Assembly (NCBI GenBank): GCA_963733095.1 | Contig: CAVTBV010000010.1 | Coordinates: forward strand, 1 to 64,000 | Length of the DNA stretch: 64,000 bases | Reading direction: 5' to 3' | From: Candidatus Bathyarchaeota archaeon | GTDB lineage: Archaea; Thermoproteota; Bathyarchaeia; Bathyarchaeales; Bathycorpusculaceae | Shown here: positions 10,081 through 19,589 of the stretch, in pieces | How positions within the stretch are numbered: the first letter of the stretch is position 1 | How the letters are laid out: every line of letters starts with the position of its first letter | Position numbers and translations under genes: made by a program | The notes under the pieces: generated by a model | Database searches by the model: none | What the model was told of the DNA's origin: nothing | Seen by the model: the letters and a program-made list of their open reading frames with translations, nothing else

Positions 10081-10147
10081 GCATGATAGTCGCGTGCGGT
10101 TTTTCCATCAAACATAACGGAGTTATAAGTCTGCCGCGGACGGAGAG

Positions 10148-10252
10148 GTATAGAGAGCGTCAGATTGATATTTTGTTGTTTTATATGTTCTGATGATAAG
10201 GTAAAATCAGGCAACCTTCCGCTATAGGGTCCAGATTTTGGAAGGCCTTGGT
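10148..10252. repeat. ~100-bp dispersed repeat, copy A
   Basis: GTATAGAGA..CAG.TTGA..T-rich..GTTCTGATGATAAG.TAAAA..TTCC.CTAT..CCAGATTTTGGAAGGCCTT; homologous to 10760-10873 and 14658-14731. Confidence 0.65.
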
Positions 10253-10486
10253 ACCGCCTTTTTGTTTTATAACAGCGTACATTGCAGAGTCCATGGACAT
10301 TTTATACACTTAAACACATACACTTATAAGCATGTATACACTTATATACTAATGTGAATAAGCGGGAACAAAACATGACAAACAGAAAAATCAAAAACAA
10401 AAATTGGCCACTCGCTTACTTCAACAACATCTAACCAGCAAAAACAAATGAAGAAAACTGGGCCGCAACAACATTGACACCCCAGA

Positions 10487-10580
10487 CAACTCAGAAAAAC
10501 CGCAGAACAATTCGGAGGCAAAAAAGGCGACTTACCCAAAGCGGCCCAACAAACAATAAAAACATGACTCAACAAAGACA
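10487..10580 (+). pseudogene. Small RHH/CopG-like DNA-binding protein remnant
   Basis: QLRKTAEQFGGKKGDLPKAAQQTIKT*LNK, with TGA where a Trp is expected. Resembles the small archaeal 'FGxKKGxLSKAxEEAIxxWL' family. Confidence 0.4.
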
Positions 10581-10759
10581 CGCCTCCAAAAACCCAATAA
10601 CTAAATTATAAGAAGCCTAGGTAAAAGGCCAGGGCAAACCAGCTAGCCTGGAACACCTCACATGAGGATTATGGGCAATCTAGCTGCAAAAACCCTTTTT
10701 AGAAAAGTTTTCCAAGCAAAAAACACTGTACTGGGCAAAGGTCTTCCGAAAAAAAGGCA

Positions 10760-10873
10760 GTATAGAGACAAACAGCTTGAATATTATTATTTATTTTTTT
10801 GTAGGTTCTATGATAAGATAAAACCTGAAAGACCTTATTCCCTCTATGCCCCCAAATTTTTGGAAGACATTAG
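10760..10873. repeat. ~100-bp dispersed repeat, copy B
   Basis: GTATAGAGACAAACAGCTTGAATATT..GGTTCTATGATAAGATAAAA..TTCCCTCTATGCCCCCAAATTTTTGGAAGACATTAG aligns to copy A. Confidence 0.6.
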
Positions 10874-11082
10874 ACCTACCTCCAATATAGTGTGCATTGC
10901 AGGGTGGATGGACCCATAGCGTGCAAGCAACAGTCCGAAAAGCGGAACAAATCCCAAAATACCGGTGCAAATCTGCAAACGAAAAAATGTTATTCCCGAA
11001 CCAGGTTTAGGCCAGTTTAGTCAGCTTTTTTGCTTTAGCACATTTTAAATATTCAACTCTCTTAACTATTATTGGGGAAGTA

Positions 11083-11286
11083 GTGTTGCAAGTACAACGT
11101 TCGTGCTTCAATGAGTTCCCCGATCAATGCGCAGGATGCCCAGATTACAGCGAAACAAAGGCAGAATCTTTAAGCCAATATACGTGGCTAGCTGGGATGG
11201 TTACGATGTACCCGCCGCGGCACGTGAGTAAAGTGGTTAAAGAATGCAAGCGGTACCACAAACGGAAAGTTGAATATCTAAAATAA
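11083..11286 (+). CDS. Small Cys-containing hypothetical protein
   Basis: 67-aa ORF with C..CAGC..C and an AT-rich upstream region; no recognisable family. Confidence 0.4.
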   Translation: MLQVQRSCFNEFPDQCAGCPDYSETKAESLSQYTWLAGMVTMYPPRHVSKVVKECKRYHKRKVEYLK

Positions 11287-11650
11287 CAACTAACCAACAT
11301 AACTTTACATGAGCACCAAAGCCAAGAAAAAGTTAACTGAGGAACTAAATTATCGGGGAAAACTATCGATTTATACGTGACTCCTTGGATTGTAAAAAGG
11401 AGGCAACACCTCGAATGACAAATGAAAATTCTTCCGATGGATGCAGAGCCACCGTCAGAAAAATCTAAAACCGTCCGAAAAAGGTCCATCAAGACAGAAA
11501 TGTTATCCCAAACCAAGAACTTGCTTAGCATATTGACGCTTTTAGAAATTGCCGAAAAAAAATATATAATGCTAGCAAAGAGTGCAATGAAACTGGATAA
11601 TTACAAATTTCTTAAGAAAATGGGGAAGTTGAGTATTTAGCGGAATATTT

Positions 11651-12634
11651 TTAGCATTGGAATCCAAAATTTCTTGAATCTATCCATTCGGCATTGTACA
11701 AAGTCCACCAATCGGCAGATAGCCCTGTTAGCACATAATCATAGGGCATCCACAGATACCCACTCATACCACCCCACGCCGTTCCCCAAGAGTTTCTTAT
11801 AAGCAAAGCACCCGTAGTTTTAGGGCTTCCAGTTCTTGTATTCTGGATCTGTATTGAATCATCGTAACCCACCGCACAGACGGCGTGGCCGCCTACAGCC
11901 CTGTCACCAGTAACGGGCAAAGGTATTTTTCCTGTTGAGTAAGCTTGAGACATCGAATCGTACACAGTAAATCCGAACATAGACGCCCAGCCAGCAGCTA
12001 ACCAAGCCTTAATGTTAGTCAACAAGTTGGCAGCAGTTACGCCCGCAACATCGTACCTGAAGTAGCTAAGAGCCTGATAATTCTGAGCATAAGAATATAC
12101 AAATGCTCCTGGCTCTTCATCAAACCAGTGAATTGGCGTTGAGACTGGACCAGGGCTTTTTGCATCCGTATAAGGCCAAAACTTTTCCGGCGGAGCGCCG
12201 AATAGAACCAGAGCTCCCATCGTAGTTCTGGGATAGGCACCAGTGTCACCCCACCAACCCAAAAGGTTACGCGTCGTCTTGTAGACAAAAAGGCGAGATG
12301 CATCAATCCATGTTCCTTTTGCTCTTTTCTCAAAGTACTCGAGTATTCCTACGGCAGCCTGTGCTGTACACGAACCTAGGCTTTTTTGGTCTTCGATCGG
12401 AGAACACCATGCTCTCAGATCAACTGAAACAGGCGGAGTGTCAATTGCCTTGGCGATGTTCAGATCCTCGGCAGCAGCCAATATGCCGACTTTGCCAGCT
12501 TCAACAGTCTTTCCTCGACTGAGCCTATCCACAGTCTGCTTGGCCGTTAGAGTGTCAGTTTTGATTGTAAAATCTCGGAAGTCCGGATAATCGGGTATCC
12601 AACCCATTCCATGAAAATTAGAATCTTCATCCAT
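11651..12634 (-). CDS. Papain-family (C1A) cysteine protease
   Basis: GWIPDYPDFRD pro-region, VDLR, EDQKSLGSCTA (oxyanion Gln and catalytic Cys), GGHAV (His), IRNSWG (Asn); GGAGGTGA RBS before ATG 12634. Confidence 0.93.
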   Translation of the reverse strand: MDEDSNFHGMGWIPDYPDFRDFTIKTDTLTAKQTVDRLSRGKTVEAGKVGILAAAEDLNIAKAIDTPPVSVDLRAWCSPIEDQKSLGSCTAQAAVGILEYFEKRAKGTWIDASRLFVYKTTRNLLGWWGDTGAYPRTTMGALVLFGAPPEKFWPYTDAKSPGPVSTPIHWFDEEPGAFVYSYAQNYQALSYFRYDVAGVTAANLLTNIKAWLAAGWASMFGFTVYDSMSQAYSTGKIPLPVTGDRAVGGHAVCAVGYDDSIQIQNTRTGSPKTTGALLIRNSWGTAWGGMSGYLWMPYDYVLTGLSADWWTLYNAEWIDSRNFGFQC

Positions 12635-13588
12635 CTTTTTCACCTCCTCTTCAATTCAAACAGACTATGACAATGAGGAGTTGTATGCCCTGAATTGCTT
12701 GCAGTAAATGTTAGTACTTAATACAAAATATAGTACGTGTTAATATTTAATACTATTTAGTCTCAAATTTGTCAAAATTTCAAAATTAAATATTGCCTTT
12801 TAATTTTAAGTTGACATTTTAAATAAAATAATAAAATCTCAAGACCGCGCATACAATGTCCATCCATTTTTGCACCATTGTTAAAGAAAATTTAACGACA
12901 GAATATTAAAAATTGCTACTTTGTTGCTTGGACGCTATCACGCCATAACAATTAGAAATATTACAAGCTTTTCTCGATTTTTAACGTTTGGCGATAACTC
13001 TCAATCCGATACCCTATTTTTGTTCAGATAATATTGGTTAGCGAATTGTTAAGAAACAGGAGTACGCTTTATCTACATCCTAACTTGAATAAGCAGAAAT
13101 TACCCAGAATAGACTGCGCAAAGATAAATCAACCCAAAAATTATTTTGTTGCATTTTATTAGTTGTGATGATTAGATTTTTCTGGAAACCTCTACCCTAC
13201 TAATTCCCAGTTCTTGGATGACTTAGAGTGCACATCCTACTCGACAAAGGTCTATAAGCCACATTGCTGGCAAATATAAGATCTCGCAGGGATGAACATG
13301 TTTGTTTTGACATTATACCCTTGCTTTCTTTAAGCACTTCCACTACAGCCGTCAACTCGTTTGCCCTAATCATTGAGTAATTCCTTTTTAGGCAGTTGGA
13401 ACAAGGTTAACGAACACTCATTTATCCTTTAAGCAAACTCGGTAGTTTATTGAATCCTAATGTTGAATCTCCTGTATATTTGCACTATTAATAAGCAATA
13501 TTGTGCATCAATTCATAATATTTAAATGATAGATTTTATCAATAGCCATTGTCACCCCCATTACATTCAATAATAAAAATAAAGGCAC

Positions 13589-14023
13589 TTGAAAATCATG
13601 GTAACACAAATAAAAGAATATGACTCAACTCAAGCAATAGCAGAGGGCTTAGATAGACAATTATCTGAAACTAAAAGCGTTCTAGGCGAAAACCTAAGGC
13701 GGCTCGATGAAATTCGAACTTTAGCAGAAAAATCCAGAAAAATCCGTGAAGTTGTTTTGAAACTTTCGGGCAAAAAGGCCACAACGGAAAACCAGAACGA
13801 AATCATGGTTGGCACATTAAACATAGTCTTGGATGCTAACCCATTCCACGAGTTGACAGCTATAGAAGCAGTGGTTCGCAGTCACCAAGAGCGACTAAAC
13901 GTCTTGCAAAAAGTGCGTGAATCTTTAAAATGGCTTGACCAACTCGGCGACACCGAAGGACTCAATTTTACAGTAGTGGAAAACGAAGGAATCCCAGAAA
14001 AAATCCTATTCAAACTATCCTAA
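13589..14023 (+). CDS. Hypothetical coiled-coil protein
   Basis: 144-aa ORF with heptad-rich helical segments and a TATA-like upstream region. Confidence 0.7.
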   Translation: MKIMVTQIKEYDSTQAIAEGLDRQLSETKSVLGENLRRLDEIRTLAEKSRKIREVVLKLSGKKATTENQNEIMVGTLNIVLDANPFHELTAIEAVVRSHQERLNVLQKVRESLKWLDQLGDTEGLNFTVVENEGIPEKILFKLS

Positions 14024-14563
14024 AACTTTCAGAAAAGAAGAAAAATCCCAAAAACATAACCTTACGCCGATCTTTCTAAACTAAAAGGTTTGGAATAGAC
14101 CACAAAATTAAGAATAGAGCAAACATCAACTTTTCTTTTTATTGTTTAAGCTTTTTTGTGAAATTGTTACAAAAGTCTGTTAGATTCCTTCTCTACAGAT
14201 TTGATTATAATTCTCCTTTATCCGTTGAGGGACAATGACAAAAAAAGATAAAAATGCAGCCACCCCTTCAATCTCTATTGAACTGCTTGTGCATTTGGCG
14301 CAGATTGTCTTTTTGTTTTCCATTTTAGACTATACCCGCGACATTTGGATCTTTGACATCGAATCTTAAGCGCACCAGAATATTTTATTTTAATTCTATC
14401 TTTTCGAATTACCTATTGATAAGTCGCAGGTGAGAACTCCTTTGAGATAATTTTGCCGAAGCGAGGATGATTTATGATTTTGGTGTGTTCCAGAAGTTTT
14501 CGCATTTCGATAACAAGCGCAAATAAAAAGATGTGTTTCGCGAGTGAAATCACGAGCCGAAAA

Positions 14564-14586
14564 GGGTTCAACTCTCAATCCCAGCT
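14564..14586 (+). repeat. Degenerate copy of the tRNA-Cys 3' end (att-like)
   Basis: GGGTTCAACTCTCAATCCCAGCT vs tRNA GGGTTCAACTCCCATCCCCAGCT (20/23). The downstream flank is also homologous to the tRNA downstream flank. Confidence 0.75.
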
Positions 14587-14615
14587 TATTTTCCGAACCC
14601 TATGCTTTCGAGATA

Positions 14616-14660
14616 TTATTTCCGTTTTCCGAATAACTTTGTGTCGTCAATTGCGCAGTA
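14616..14660 (-). pseudogene. Second integrase-like C-terminal remnant
   Basis: YCAIDDTKLFGKRK*, homologous to CAIEDTKLFRKRK* at 10029 and in the same position relative to the att copy. Confidence 0.45.
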
Positions 14661-14731
14661 TGTTCTGATGATTGAATATTTGACGGAAGGCGTCTTTCCT
14701 TCTATGGGACCCAAATTTTTGAAAGCCTTAG
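14658..14731. repeat. ~100-bp dispersed repeat, copy C (5'-truncated)
   Basis: GTATGTTCTGATGAT..TTTCCTTCTATGGGACCCAAATTTTTGAAAGCCTTAG aligns to copies A and B. Confidence 0.65.
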
Positions 14732-15293
14732 TGTGAATTGTACCACTGATCGATTATTCGCGCCAAACGTTCAGAGTACCCGGCATCAATTAACAACTGT
14801 TTGAATTCTTGTTCGCTCATACACAGTTCCCCAGCGGATATGAAGTATTAAATTATAATAAGCATGCTTTCGGTTTTGCGAGCATATCATAAAACGGAAT
14901 ATTCGTTGCGGGATTGATGTACAGGAACCGACAAATCGTTATGGCGATTGCATCTTCCGAAATCTGGGGCATCAGGTAAACCTCAATTCAGCCTGCAATG
15001 CCGGACGACCTTGACTTGAGTTTAACACCAGTACTTAACAAAAGAACAACAGCACGTCATTTTTTGCAACTGTTGTTGTTATATCATTTAATTGAAAGCC
15101 AGCTGGCTAAATGCCGAAGATGAACTTTTAGGTTAAGCTAACGCCTTTACGCTTGGCAATCTGACTTCTTGAAACAAGCTCAATGTTATGATCACCGTTA
15201 AATTTTTCTTTTTTGTGGCATTGCAAACAGTTGCTCAGATTGTTTTTTAGACTTTCCAAAAAAGTTATGTTCTAGCAAGATTGCACTCTAGAA

Positions 15294-15575
15294 TTGGTTA
15301 TTGACTTGTCAGGTCTGTCAACCAATCAACGGTTGAAAACCGCGTTAGGAGGATTCGTTTCTTTCACAGGATTCGTAGTTTTAGCTATCGTGATTTTGAC
15401 GGCCACGGGCACGGCAGACATGAACAGCGTGTTCCAAAGCGGAGTTATGGTTGGTGCGGTTGCTTTTCTGGGTTTTTTGGATGTGCTCTGCGGAGTTCTT
15501 TTGGTTTTTAGAGAAAAAAGACTAAAAGGTCTATTCGCGTCCCAGAAAAAGAAACCCCACAACGATGTTAAGTAA
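15294..15575 (+). CDS. Small 2-TM membrane protein
   Basis: Two hydrophobic helices and a basic C-terminal tail. Confidence 0.65.
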   Translation: MVIDLSGLSTNQRLKTALGGFVSFTGFVVLAIVILTATGTADMNSVFQSGVMVGAVAFLGFLDVLCGVLLVFREKRLKGLFASQKKKPHNDVK

Positions 15576-15866
15576 CGCCACAAACCCCCAAGCCACAAGA
15601 ATTAGCGAACCGCTTCCAGACGATAACAGTAACCCGCTTGTTTGCCCCGAAGCAGCCATGTAAACAAAAAGCAAAACAAGCAAAACACCCGTAGCGACCA
15701 CCGCCATTCCCATGTATCTGCTGATTTTTTTGGGAAATTCAAGCACGCTGAACCGTTCTTCCTCTAAAGCTTTTTGGGCTATTACTTCAGCTTTTTTCTC
15801 AGAAGAGTCGGCGGGTTTTGAAGGCGCTTTAACGGTTATTTCCTTATTCTCTTCGTCGGACGACAT
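15531..15866 (-). CDS. Small 2-TM membrane protein with a charged N-terminus
   Basis: ATG after GGAGAA; two hydrophobic helices; convergent overlap with the previous ORF. Confidence 0.65.
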   Translation of the reverse strand: MSSDEENKEITVKAPSKPADSSEKKAEVIAQKALEEERFSVLEFPKKISRYMGMAVVATGVLLVLLFVYMAASGQTSGLLLSSGSGSLILVAWGFVALLNIVVGFLFLGRE

Positions 15867-16008
15867 AGAAACGTTCTCCTTTGTGGTTCACCTAGAAGTA
15901 CTCGCTTTGTAGGTTAAAACTTTTGTTTAATCGTTCCAAATCGAAGAACAATAAACAGTAGCAAATCTTAAATGGTCTCTGCCCTCCAATATTCATTTAG
16001 CATGACGG

Positions 16009-17634
16009 TTGATTGATTTGCAAAAATCAGTTGAGAAAACCATTTTGCCCTTCGCAGTTTCTCAGGCGAACGGAGTTTTCAATGGGGATGCTGAAAAAGC
16101 AGCAGTTTTCTGTACCACAGAATTGAACAGGCAAAAAGGCGGAGGCTTCTTTAGGAAGCAGGACGCTGAGAGGATAGTTTTTTCTTCAAAGGTCCTCTAC
16201 CCGTTTTGGATAGTGCCTTTTGGGGAGTCAACTCTTCTTATAGATGGATTAAACTTGGCATCTCAAACAATAACGTATCCTGCCTTGCCAGACCTCAAAG
16301 CGGTTATAGAGAACCTAAGAGCGCGGGAAATGACGCGACAAGTACATTTTAACTTTCTTGCTGGTAATCAAAATTATTTCCAAACTCCAAGTAACGAACA
16401 AAAACTGGTCATAGAAGGCCTTTTAAACGATGCTGAATTTACCAAAGAATTCTTGGAATATGTTAAGCAGGCGACGACAACAGATTTACCGGTAATCGAA
16501 GCCGTCTTGGTTACGCCATCTCTGCATGGAGAAGGCGTTTTAAAACTGCTCCAAAACATTGAAAACACCAAACAAAAACTCTCAGAGGAGCGCACCGAAC
16601 TAAACGAAGTTATCAAACTCCTAAATTCTAAGAGCCTTGAATCTCAAGCTAGCTTGCGAGAAGAAATCAAAGCCACAGAAAAAGAATATAGCGTTAAAAT
16701 CCAAAAAGCCAAATCCATCTCGGATAGGAAAGTTTCTGAAATTAATAAGACATATTCTGATAAAGTGACTGAGGTCTCAAACAAGTTCGAACAAAAAATA
16801 ACAGGGCTGCAGAAAGATGCTGTAAAGTTCGAGAAGGAAAAAGAGGCTTTGGATACAGAAATCGAACACACAGAATCGGAAATAAAAACTTGTGCAATCA
16901 ACAAAGATGAATCCGCCGAGCAAAAATGGAAAGAGAAACGTAACCTGTTAAAGGAACAGCGCCCAGAAATCGCTTCGAAACTAAAGAAAAAGCAAAACCA
17001 GATTGATGAAGAGGAAGAAGGAAAAAAAACCAGTCTGTTTCAACTCAAACAAGATAATGAAGCTAAAATCAAGGAAGCCAGAAAGGATTTGTTAGAGCTT
17101 GAAGCTTCCCGAGATGCCAAAATCAAGGTTTTCAAGAATGAAATCGAGAAGATTGAAGGGTCAACGTCAAGCATTATCGAGAAAGTTAATGAATTAGCAA
17201 AGAATAGAGAAGAAAAAATTCATGAATTTGAACAGTTGGGCGTTAGGCAGAAAAGAACAGATCACGTGATGGTTTACATGCCTTTTTACTTGTCATGTTA
17301 CCAATCTAAATCTGCTAAACGCTACACATACTTGGCACCATCAGCTGTAAGCGACGGCGGCTTAAGCACTCGACTAAAATCTTTGGGAAAAACAAGAATC
17401 GGCCAGCTCTTACAACCAAGGTACAAGAAGATAACTTTAATCCTAAATGGCTTCATCGGTTTAATGGATGAGAACATAGCTTTCAACTGCGAAATAACCG
17501 AAGCCTGCTTAAAAGCTAGCATACTGCAGAAAGAGAAAGAGCAAGAGTCAGTTAAGAATGGGTTGAACAAATTAAAAGAGCAAGGTTGGTTATCAGACAG
17601 CGAGTTTGAAGAGTTTAATCAAGCACTCAAATAG
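16009..17634 (+). CDS. Long coiled-coil hypothetical protein
   Basis: About 230 aa of E/K-rich coiled coil between globular ends carrying YPFWIVP and YMPFYL motifs; no Walker motifs. Confidence 0.85.
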   Translation: MIDLQKSVEKTILPFAVSQANGVFNGDAEKAAVFCTTELNRQKGGGFFRKQDAERIVFSSKVLYPFWIVPFGESTLLIDGLNLASQTITYPALPDLKAVIENLRAREMTRQVHFNFLAGNQNYFQTPSNEQKLVIEGLLNDAEFTKEFLEYVKQATTTDLPVIEAVLVTPSLHGEGVLKLLQNIENTKQKLSEERTELNEVIKLLNSKSLESQASLREEIKATEKEYSVKIQKAKSISDRKVSEINKTYSDKVTEVSNKFEQKITGLQKDAVKFEKEKEALDTEIEHTESEIKTCAINKDESAEQKWKEKRNLLKEQRPEIASKLKKKQNQIDEEEEGKKTSLFQLKQDNEAKIKEARKDLLELEASRDAKIKVFKNEIEKIEGSTSSIIEKVNELAKNREEKIHEFEQLGVRQKRTDHVMVYMPFYLSCYQSKSAKRYTYLAPSAVSDGGLSTRLKSLGKTRIGQLLQPRYKKITLILNGFIGLMDENIAFNCEITEACLKASILQKEKEQESVKNGLNKLKEQGWLSDSEFEEFNQALK

Positions 17635-19219
17635 ACCCCTTCTGGTTAATTATCTGTTGCTCAGCTTCCGGTGGCGGAGGAGGCAGCTTTTTCTTGGCAC
17701 CTGCTCTGAGATTGAAGAAACCCGTCACTAAAAAGACGACACATATGAAAACCTGAATGTAGCTAGGAAGGAAAGGCAAGATGTCTATGCCTGACCCTGA
17801 CAGGGCGAGAAGTGAAGAGAACGCAATTGAGATGCCCACACCGACACCTATGCCGCCTAACGCTATCTGCGCTCTATAGCGACCTGCCATTCTGAGGTAG
17901 TAGCTTGCTAACACTATTCCAGTTATCCCGATACTTGAAGTTAAAGCGTCAATAGCGTTTCCATCGCCTATCAGCACGGGAATAAATAGCAGCGCCACTG
18001 AAAGAATGACGCCCAAAGCTGGTATGAACGGGTATAGAGGCGTTTTGAACGGTCGATTCATGTAGGGTTTTGTTTTCCTCAACCGCATAAGCGAGAGGTT
18101 AACGACGGCGAAGACCAAAAGTGAACCAAAGCTCGCCGCATAACCTAGAAAGGGTACAGCGCCCAAAGTGCTCAAAAGCATAATGAAGACTGTACCGACG
18201 ATGGCAGCGACATGGAAGGTTCCGTATTTGGAATAGGTTGAAAGCAGGATCTTGGGGAAGTAGCCGTCTCTGCTCATGCCACGGGATATGCTGGATTGAA
18301 TAGAGAGAGATGTGCCCAGTGCAGAGAGGCAAGCCGCCATACCCGCCAAGGAAAAAACAATACTGCCGTAGCTCCCGAAAACTCTGCCTGCTGCAAAACT
18401 TAGAAGCGGAAGCTGCTCCAATGCTTCTGTAGAAGTTACTGTACCGACGGCAACAAACGCGAGGAGAACGTATACGGGAATTATTATCAACGCGGATATT
18501 ATCAGCCCACGAGAGATATCTTTGTCTGGTCTTTTAGATTCAGAGGCGGCAGCCACTATTGCTCTGGTTCCGATGAACATTGGAAACACGTAAACTACAG
18601 CTGCAAAAATGCCGGAAACTCCTGTGGAGAGAGTGGGTGGTCTCAGATTTACTGGACCAATGCCGTGGATGAAGCCGCCGACGATAAAGCCTATGAACAG
18701 CAAGATGAATGCTATTACAACCATGTTTCCAACTTGCCTAACTCCTCGAACCTCAATTATGCCCATGACAAGGACCAAAACAAGAGCTATTAACCACCCT
18801 AAATTTAGAACGCCATTTTGGATTTCGGGAGAAATTCCCGAGAAGAGATAAGAAAACTGCAAAACAAAAGCAACCGCTGCTAATGCGGCAGCGAAAATAC
18901 TGGAGAGCCATCGGAAGACCCCGAATATAAAGCTGATGTAGCCTCCATAAGCTGTTTTTATGTAGGTGTATTCGCCTCCGACTTTAGGCATGGATGTGGC
19001 TAATTCACTGTAGCTGAGCATTATCATGAAGTTGATGGCGCCACCAAGAACCAGCGCAATAAGCATGTCGGGTCCTGCTAAGTGAAAGTAAGCGTAGTTG
19101 AGGAGCACAAAGATTTCAAAACCGATAGCTCCGCTAAGCCCAGCCATCACGATGTCGAATAGGCCGAACCCCTTGGATTTTTTGGGTGAATTCAAAAAAT
19201 TCAACGGTTTTCCCACCAC
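17627..19219 (-). CDS. APC-family amino acid permease
   Basis: GAIGFEIF TM1, YSELATSMPKVGGEYTY, MSRDGYFP, RPFKTPLYP; two extra C-terminal TMs. Confidence 0.88.
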   Translation of the reverse strand: MVGKPLNFLNSPKKSKGFGLFDIVMAGLSGAIGFEIFVLLNYAYFHLAGPDMLIALVLGGAINFMIMLSYSELATSMPKVGGEYTYIKTAYGGYISFIFGVFRWLSSIFAAALAAVAFVLQFSYLFSGISPEIQNGVLNLGWLIALVLVLVMGIIEVRGVRQVGNMVVIAFILLFIGFIVGGFIHGIGPVNLRPPTLSTGVSGIFAAVVYVFPMFIGTRAIVAAASESKRPDKDISRGLIISALIIIPVYVLLAFVAVGTVTSTEALEQLPLLSFAAGRVFGSYGSIVFSLAGMAACLSALGTSLSIQSSISRGMSRDGYFPKILLSTYSKYGTFHVAAIVGTVFIMLLSTLGAVPFLGYAASFGSLLVFAVVNLSLMRLRKTKPYMNRPFKTPLYPFIPALGVILSVALLFIPVLIGDGNAIDALTSSIGITGIVLASYYLRMAGRYRAQIALGGIGVGVGISIAFSSLLALSGSGIDILPFLPSYIQVFICVVFLVTGFFNLRAGAKKKLPPPPPEAEQQIINQKGSI

Positions 19220-19431
19220 TCGTATACAAGAAAAAGCCCGCTCATCAGGAAAGTGACGCCGAATATTAAGAGCATGACGACGTAGAAGTTGAGGGCAGCA
19301 TCAGGTATGTTCAGGGTTGATTGTGTGTTGAGGAATTTGAAGTTTAATAGCGCTGCCAGAATCAGTGCTGAAATAGCAAGTAGACTTTGGGTTGCTGCGA
19401 ACAGGAATTTAACAGTGATTTTCCCTATCAC
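19201..19431 (-). CDS. Small 2-TM membrane protein
   Basis: Hydrophobic 76-aa ORF overlapping the start of the permease. Confidence 0.6.
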   Translation of the reverse strand: MIGKITVKFLFAATQSLLAISALILAALLNFKFLNTQSTLNIPDAALNFYVVMLLIFGVTFLMSGLFLVYEWWENR

Positions 19432-19589
19432 AATCTTCCCTACTAATTCTGGGAAATTGAGTATTTAATTGATTCGGCGGTTGGTATCTACTGACTATTT
19501 GAGACTTTATAGTCGAAGCTTATCTATCGAGGTCAACGTCCATCTCCAGTCAATTCACAAATTCAGTACTAGATAAACATCTAAAAAAG

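Larger units (their letters stand above)
9975..14586. mobile_element. Decayed tRNA-Cys-integrated element (att-flanked, ~4.6 kb)
   Basis: Bounded by the tRNA 3' end (9975-9997) and a 20/23 identical copy at 14564-14586; low coding density and pseudogene fragments inside. Confidence 0.6.

Noticed and set aside
10108-10132. dif-like palindrome AACATAA-CGGAG-TTATAAG
   Set aside because: The spacer is 5 bp rather than 6, the arms match weakly and the motif is absent from the other repeat copies; insufficient support.
10186-10200. C/D box sRNA suggested by CTGATGA in the repeat
   Set aside because: No properly spaced box C/box D pair, and copy B lacks the motif.
9921-10919. ORF-track ORFs 9921-10193, 10342-10581 and 10662-10919
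   Set aside because: They overlap the tRNA or repeats and have atypical composition; likely spurious.
13180-13420. Possible minus-strand Zn-ribbon remnant (CSNC..CQQCG)
   Set aside because: Too broken by stops and frameshifts to call.
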